The position numbers were made by a program, and so were the translations under genes. Shown here one piece after another: positions 28,080-32,000 of a stretch of DNA of 32,000 nt. Source of the DNA: an uncultured Candidatus Saccharibacteria bacterium (GTDB taxonomy: Bacteria > Patescibacteriota > UBA1384 > XYA2-FULL-43-10 > 1-14-0-10-43-13); the NCBI GenBank assembly GCA_964543385.1, contig CAZIYE010000001.1, forward strand, positions 1 through 32,000, in the 5' to 3' direction. Position 1 is the first letter of the stretch, and every line of letters begins with the position of its first letter. Below the pieces are notes generated by a model that was given only the letters and a program-made list of their open reading frames with translations, was not told the origin of the DNA and made no database searches.

Positions 28080-28086
28080 TCAATAT

Positions 28087-29361
28087 ATGGAGAAATTTTT
28101 CAAAATATGGGAATACAAGGACCTAAGGAACAAGATTATTGTTGCTGTTTCTCTTCTTATTTTAACTAGAATCCTTGCTCACATTCCATTGCCTGGTGTA
28201 GATCTTGCGAAGCTACAAGCATTTTTTGCGTCAAACCAAGTGTTTGGTTTTTTGAACATGTTTTCTGGTGGCACTATGAGTAATTTTTCAATTATTCTAA
28301 TGGGTGTAGGTCCATACATTACATCGTCTATTATTTTTCAACTGATGGGGATGATTTTCCCAGCCATTGAGCAACTACAAAAAGAAGGTGATGCGGGCCG
28401 TCAAAAAATAACTCAATACACAAGAATAGCTACTATACCATTAGCCATAATACAGGCCTATAGTATGTTAGTGTTACTTAAAAACCAAGGAGTTATTCCC
28501 GGATGGTCAATATTTGATCTTGTAGTGATGCTTATATCTGTAACTGCCGGTACTATGCTGTTAATGTGGATCGGCGAGATTATATCTGAAAAAGGCATTG
28601 GCAATGGAATGTCCTTAATTATCTCTTTAGGTATACTGTCTGCTTTCCCATCACAAATACGAAATACAGCGCTACTGTTGCAGTCTGGCGATACAGCAAA
28701 AATAGTGGGCGCAATTGTATTTGCAATTATCTTTATACTTGCAACAGCAGCAATTATCTTTATACAAGAAGGTCAGCGCAATATTCCTATAACTTATGCA
28801 CGTAAAGCAAGATATGGACAATCCAGCGGCTTTGCAAGCCACTTACCAATTAGGGTAAATATTGCTGGAGTTATTCCGATCATTTTTGCGATGAGTATGC
28901 TCGTTATTCCCGGTGTTTTAGCAAAATATTTGGAGGGTGCCCGCACTGTTTGGCTTGCACAGGGCGCAAAATTTGTTGGTGATCTTTTCACCAACAATCA
29001 GGTTTTTTATAGTATTGCCTATTTTGTACTTGTTATTATATTTACTTATTTTTATACATCTGCGGTGTTTAAACCATCTCAAATATCAGAAAATTTACAA
29101 AAACAAAGCGGATTTATACCTGGTATCAGGCCTGGTTCTGAAACAAAAACATATCTTCAGGCAATTATATCTAGGATTACTTTCTCAGGTGCCATGTTTT
29201 TGGGAATCATCGCTGTTATGCCATTTATTGTACAGGCAATAACAAATATAGATACTCTTGTTCTTGGTGGTACGGGAATTTTGATTGTGGTATCGGTTGT
29301 TATAGAAACCATGAGACAAATTCAATCACAAACCATGATGCACACATATGAGAGATATTAA
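28087..29361 (+). CDS. secY: Preprotein translocase subunit SecY
   Basis: The protein has a 10-TM profile, the LAHIPLPGV...MFSGG...FSIILMGVGPYITSSIIFQL motif and the GIRPG motif. Confidence 0.97.
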   Translation: MEKFFKIWEYKDLRNKIIVAVSLLILTRILAHIPLPGVDLAKLQAFFASNQVFGFLNMFSGGTMSNFSIILMGVGPYITSSIIFQLMGMIFPAIEQLQKEGDAGRQKITQYTRIATIPLAIIQAYSMLVLLKNQGVIPGWSIFDLVVMLISVTAGTMLLMWIGEIISEKGIGNGMSLIISLGILSAFPSQIRNTALLLQSGDTAKIVGAIVFAIIFILATAAIIFIQEGQRNIPITYARKARYGQSSGFASHLPIRVNIAGVIPIIFAMSMLVIPGVLAKYLEGARTVWLAQGAKFVGDLFTNNQVFYSIAYFVLVIIFTYFYTSAVFKPSQISENLQKQSGFIPGIRPGSETKTYLQAIISRITFSGAMFLGIIAVMPFIVQAITNIDTLVLGGTGILIVVSVVIETMRQIQSQTMMHTYERY

Positions 29362-29400
29362 GGTCATTAAAAAATGTTAAGTTAATTGATTGTACTATAT

Positions 29401-30051
29401 ATGGAAACTAAAAAAATAATCTATGTTTTTCTAGGACTTCCTGCTTCTGGCAAGGGTACTCAGGCCAAGATTTTAGCAGATAAAGAAAATCTAAAAATGG
29501 TCTCTGCTGGTGATCTTATTAGGGAAATTATAGCTGGATCAACGAAAGATCCATTTGTTGCGGAGATAAAAAAGAGATATGATGCGGGGATTCCTCAACC
29601 AGATGAAGTAGTAGTTGATTTATTCGATAAATTTTTAACCGAAGCAACCACTAGTGTTATATTAGACAATTTTCCCTTTAGTCTTGGACAGGCCGAATTT
29701 TTACAAAGCTATATTCAGAGAAACCATGATAAATGGGGTGGTCTTGTGATAGTTTATATTAATCTGGACCCCAAAGCAGCTATTAAGAGAGCAATCTCCC
29801 GGAAGATTTGTACAAGTTGTGGTATGATTTATGGCCCTATAGAGGATATGGTTTGTGAGAAATGTGGGGGTGCATTGGTTGTTCGTTCTGATGACAATGA
29901 AGAGACAATGAGAGTAAGGATTAGCCATTATCTACCACGACTGAATGAACTTGTCCAATATTATAGTGGTGGTAGTGCAGCAAAACTAGTGGAGATAGAC
30001 GGATCAAAGACAATATCAGAAGTAACAGCCATAATCGACAAAAAAATATGA
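29401..30051 (+). CDS. adk: Adenylate kinase (zinc-lid type)
   Basis: I prefer the ATG at 29401 (METKKIIYVFLGLPASGKGTQA, a P-loop) over the track's TTG at 29386. The lid reads CTSCG...CEKCGG. The stop is TGA. Confidence 0.93.
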   Translation: METKKIIYVFLGLPASGKGTQAKILADKENLKMVSAGDLIREIIAGSTKDPFVAEIKKRYDAGIPQPDEVVVDLFDKFLTEATTSVILDNFPFSLGQAEFLQSYIQRNHDKWGGLVIVYINLDPKAAIKRAISRKICTSCGMIYGPIEDMVCEKCGGALVVRSDDNEETMRVRISHYLPRLNELVQYYSGGSAAKLVEIDGSKTISEVTAIIDKKI

Positions 30052-30824
30052 ATGAAAATGTCCTGAATAAAGAGCAAATTGTAATTATTAAAGAATGCGG
30101 TAAATACTTGTGCGAAGCAATGCACATAGTTTCACAAAACGTTAGGCCAGGGATCTCAACAAAGCAGTTAGATACAATTGCAAAAGAGGAGCTAGAAAAA
30201 AGAGGCTGTAGACCGTCGTTTCTAAATTATTATGTGGGAAGTGCTGGTCATTATCCCGCCTCTCTTTGTGTTTCCATTAATGATGAAATAGTTCACGGGT
30301 TGCCAACCCATCATCGCTTGATTAAAGAAGGGGATATTGTGTCGCTGGACCTAGGAGCGGAACTTTCTGGTGTCTGTACAGATATGGCTGTCACAATTGT
30401 TGCCAAAGGAGAAGGCGATGTTCCAAAGGAAATTGATCACTTAGTCTCAGTGACACGCGATTCATTGTATGAAGGGATTAAGGCAGTAAAAGTTGGTAAT
30501 ACAATAGGTGATATTGGTTTTGCGGTTGAAAGCTTAGTCCTAGCGAATGGTCTGGATGTTATAAAAGATTACGTTGGGCATGGTATAGGAACCAAGCCTC
30601 ATATGTGGCCGCAGATTCCAAACTATGGTAAAAAGGGTAGCGGACCAAAGATTGTAGAGGGGATGGCGTTAGCAATTGAACCAATGGTTACGTCTGGGGA
30701 CATAACCACTGTCGTTCATCCAAATAACTGGACTGTGAAAACTGCCAGCGGACTTAATTCTGCTCATTTCGAACACACAGTTATTATTGAAAATGGACAG
30801 CCGAAGATAGTTACCAAGTGTTAG
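30048..30824 (+). CDS. map: Methionine aminopeptidase type I
   Basis: The start shares an ATGA overlap with the adk stop. The metal-ligand pattern is present: D (SLDLG), D (CTDMA), H (GHGIG), E (LAIEP) and E (HFEHT). Confidence 0.95.
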   Translation: MNENVLNKEQIVIIKECGKYLCEAMHIVSQNVRPGISTKQLDTIAKEELEKRGCRPSFLNYYVGSAGHYPASLCVSINDEIVHGLPTHHRLIKEGDIVSLDLGAELSGVCTDMAVTIVAKGEGDVPKEIDHLVSVTRDSLYEGIKAVKVGNTIGDIGFAVESLVLANGLDVIKDYVGHGIGTKPHMWPQIPNYGKKGSGPKIVEGMALAIEPMVTSGDITTVVHPNNWTVKTASGLNSAHFEHTVIIENGQPKIVTKC

Positions 30825-30825
30825 T

Positions 30826-30843
30826 CTCTGAGATGTCTTAGAG
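30826..30843 (+). other. Small hairpin CTCTGAG-atgt-CTTAGAG after map (weak terminator or processing candidate)
   Basis: A 7-bp stem including one G-U pair, with only a weak T-rich tail. Confidence 0.25.
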
Positions 30844-30845
30844 TG

Positions 30846-30874
30846 TTGACTTAACGTTTAATTTATGTTAAATT
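30846..30874 (+). promoter_or_regulatory. infA promoter TTGACT-17 nt-TAAATT; the -10 ends 12 nt before the ATG
   Basis: Hexamers at 30846-30851 and 30869-30874. The implied leader is only ~5-6 nt and has no SD. Confidence 0.5.
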
Positions 30875-30886
30875 TATCCAAGTAGT

Positions 30887-31132
30887 ATGTCAAAAAACGA
30901 TGTAATTGAAGTTAATGGTAAGGTTATTGAGGTTTTGCCGGATTCTAAATATCGAGTAGAATTAGAGAATGGTCACCAGGTTCTTGGGTACCTCTCCGGT
31001 AGAATGAAACAAAACCGAATTCAAGTCACAACTGGTGACTCAGTCCTTGTGGAACTCACTCCATATGACCTGTCACGAGGGCGAGTAATTCGTCGCTTGA
31101 ATCAAAACCAACCACCAAGACCAAAGGTTTAA
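30887..31132 (+). CDS. infA: Translation initiation factor IF-1
   Basis: The S1-like fold sequence is present: IEVNGKVIEVLPDSKYRVELENGHQVLGYLSGRM...I..GD.V.VELTPYDLSRGRVIRR. Confidence 0.96.
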   Translation: MSKNDVIEVNGKVIEVLPDSKYRVELENGHQVLGYLSGRMKQNRIQVTTGDSVLVELTPYDLSRGRVIRRLNQNQPPRPKV

Positions 31133-31176
31133 AAAACTTTATTAAGGGTAGATTTTATTTTTGTTGAAAAATATAT

Positions 31177-31323
31177 ATGAAAGTACAAGCATCAGTTAAA
31201 AAAATCTGCGATAAATGCAAGGTTGTCATAAGAAGTAAAAAAGGCAAGTCTTCTCGAACAAGTTCAAAGAGAAGGGTATTTGTTTTGTGCGAGAATCCTA
31301 AACATAAACAGAGACAAGGATAA
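31177..31323 (+). CDS. rpmJ: 50S ribosomal protein L36 (48 aa, with an internal 11-aa insertion)
   Basis: This gene is not in the ORF track because it is under 60 aa. My hand translation is [48 protein letters not shown]. The position between infA and rpsM is canonical. Confidence 0.9.
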   Translation: MKVQASVKKICDKCKVVIRSKKGKSSRTSSKRRVFVLCENPKHKQRQG

Positions 31324-31326
31324 ATA

Positions 31327-31710
31327 ATGGCTAGAATAGCAGGAATAAATCTTCCTAATGAAAAAAGAATAGAAATTGCACTGACTTATCTTTTCGGTAT
31401 TGGATTACCTCTAAGTCAAAGCATTCTAGGTGAGCTGAAGATTAGCCCTGATATTAGAGTTAAAGATGTAACTGACGAAGATCTTGAAAAGATCAGACAA
31501 TATATTTCTAAAAGATATCGAGTTGAAGGTGATCTTAGATCTGAAATCTCACAAAATATAAAGAGATTGAAAGACGTAGGTAGCTACAGAGGATTGAGAC
31601 ACAGTAAGAATTTGCCTGTCCACGGTCAAAGAACAAAGACTAATGCCAGAACAAAAAGAGGCAAAAAGGTCACCGTAGGATCAGGACGAAGAACAATTGA
31701 GAAGACATAA
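31327..31710 (+). CDS. rpsM: 30S ribosomal protein S13
   Basis: [26 protein letters not shown]...GSYRGLRH...[14 protein letters not shown] is canonical S13. Confidence 0.97.
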   Translation: MARIAGINLPNEKRIEIALTYLFGIGLPLSQSILGELKISPDIRVKDVTDEDLEKIRQYISKRYRVEGDLRSEISQNIKRLKDVGSYRGLRHSKNLPVHGQRTKTNARTKRGKKVTVGSGRRTIEKT

Positions 31711-31743
31711 TATATTAAGTTTTTAAATTGAGTTTATACACAA

Positions 31744-32000
31744 ATGGCAAAAGAGTCAGCTAAAGCAGCAAAAAAAATTGTAAAAAAGAAATCAAAGAGC
31801 CCAGTCTATTCTGGTAATATTTATATTCAATCAACTTTCAATAACACTCTAGTTACAATAACTGATGATAAAGGTGGAGCAATTGCGTCATCGTCATCTG
31901 GAGCTCTTGGATTTAAGGGAGCCAAAAAATCAACACCTTATGCTGCACAGCTTGCAGTTTCTGCTGCCGCTGAAAAAGCTAAGGCTAGAGGATTGAGTAA
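31744..32000 (+). CDS. rpsK: 30S ribosomal protein S11 (5' part; truncated by the window end)
   Basis: My hand translation from the ATG at 31744 is [71 protein letters not shown]..., a canonical S11 core. Confidence 0.93.
   Translation, partial: MAKESAKAAKKIVKKKSKSPVYSGNIYIQSTFNNTLVTITDDKGGAIASSSSGALGFKGAKKSTPYAAQLAVSAAAEKAKARGLS

Noticed and set aside
28937-29242. 101-aa plus-strand ORF inside secY in another frame, and similar internal ORFs in fusA, tuf, rpoB and rpoC
   Set aside because: All are nested in alternative frames or antisense to strongly supported conserved genes, and none has independent signals.
1-32000. Alternative genetic code (UGA recoding as in some CPR lineages)
   Set aside because: All conserved genes are full-length under the standard code. 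TGA functions as the stop of adk (the ATGA overlap with map) and of the orphan gene.

Overview
The window is low-GC: two hand-counted 150-nt samples gave 37% and 46% G+C. It is almost entirely plus-strand housekeeping sequence. The gene order is a secreted Fn3-like protein, cdaA-cdaR (c-di-AMP cyclase and its YbbR regulator), a LysM/M23 peptidase, obg, rpoB-rpoC, rpsL-rpsG, fusA, tuf-rpsJ, then rplC through rplO (S10/spc clusters), secY-adk-map, and infA-rpmJ-rpsM-rpsK, with rpsK cut by the window end. I identified products by recognising family motifs in the supplied translations; no database search was possible. I found no tRNA, rRNA, CRISPR array or transposase.

Several traits fit a reduced, CPR/Patescibacteria-like genome, though this is inference and not diagnostic. 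These are the absence of rpmD (L30) between rpsE and rplO, a short Obg, a short L3, and Lys/Glu-rich tails on several r-proteins.

Two conserved gene strings are interrupted by insulated single-gene cassettes, and these are the best candidates for undescribed biology.
1. A lone minus-strand orphan gene of 131-153 aa sits between rpsG and fusA. It has higher GC and no family I can recognise. It is bracketed by a bidirectional terminator, a perfect 13-bp palindrome and a new fusA promoter.
2. A LabA/NYN-type predicted ribonuclease sits between rplO and secY, with a terminator upstream and a promoter on each side.

Other oddities are a 229-nt structured spacer between rpsJ and rplC, a 68-aa highly acidic tail on RpoB, an 11-aa insertion inside the zinc knuckle of L36, and repeated TTGACA-17-TAtAaT promoters that cut the superoperon into small units. 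Some of those promoters lie close enough to the start codon to imply leaderless or near-leaderless mRNAs.

Five gene junctions share a 1-nt TAATG stop/start overlap, which is ordinary translational coupling: rplB/rpsS, rplV/rpsC, rpmC/rpsQ, rpsQ/rplN and rplX/rplE.
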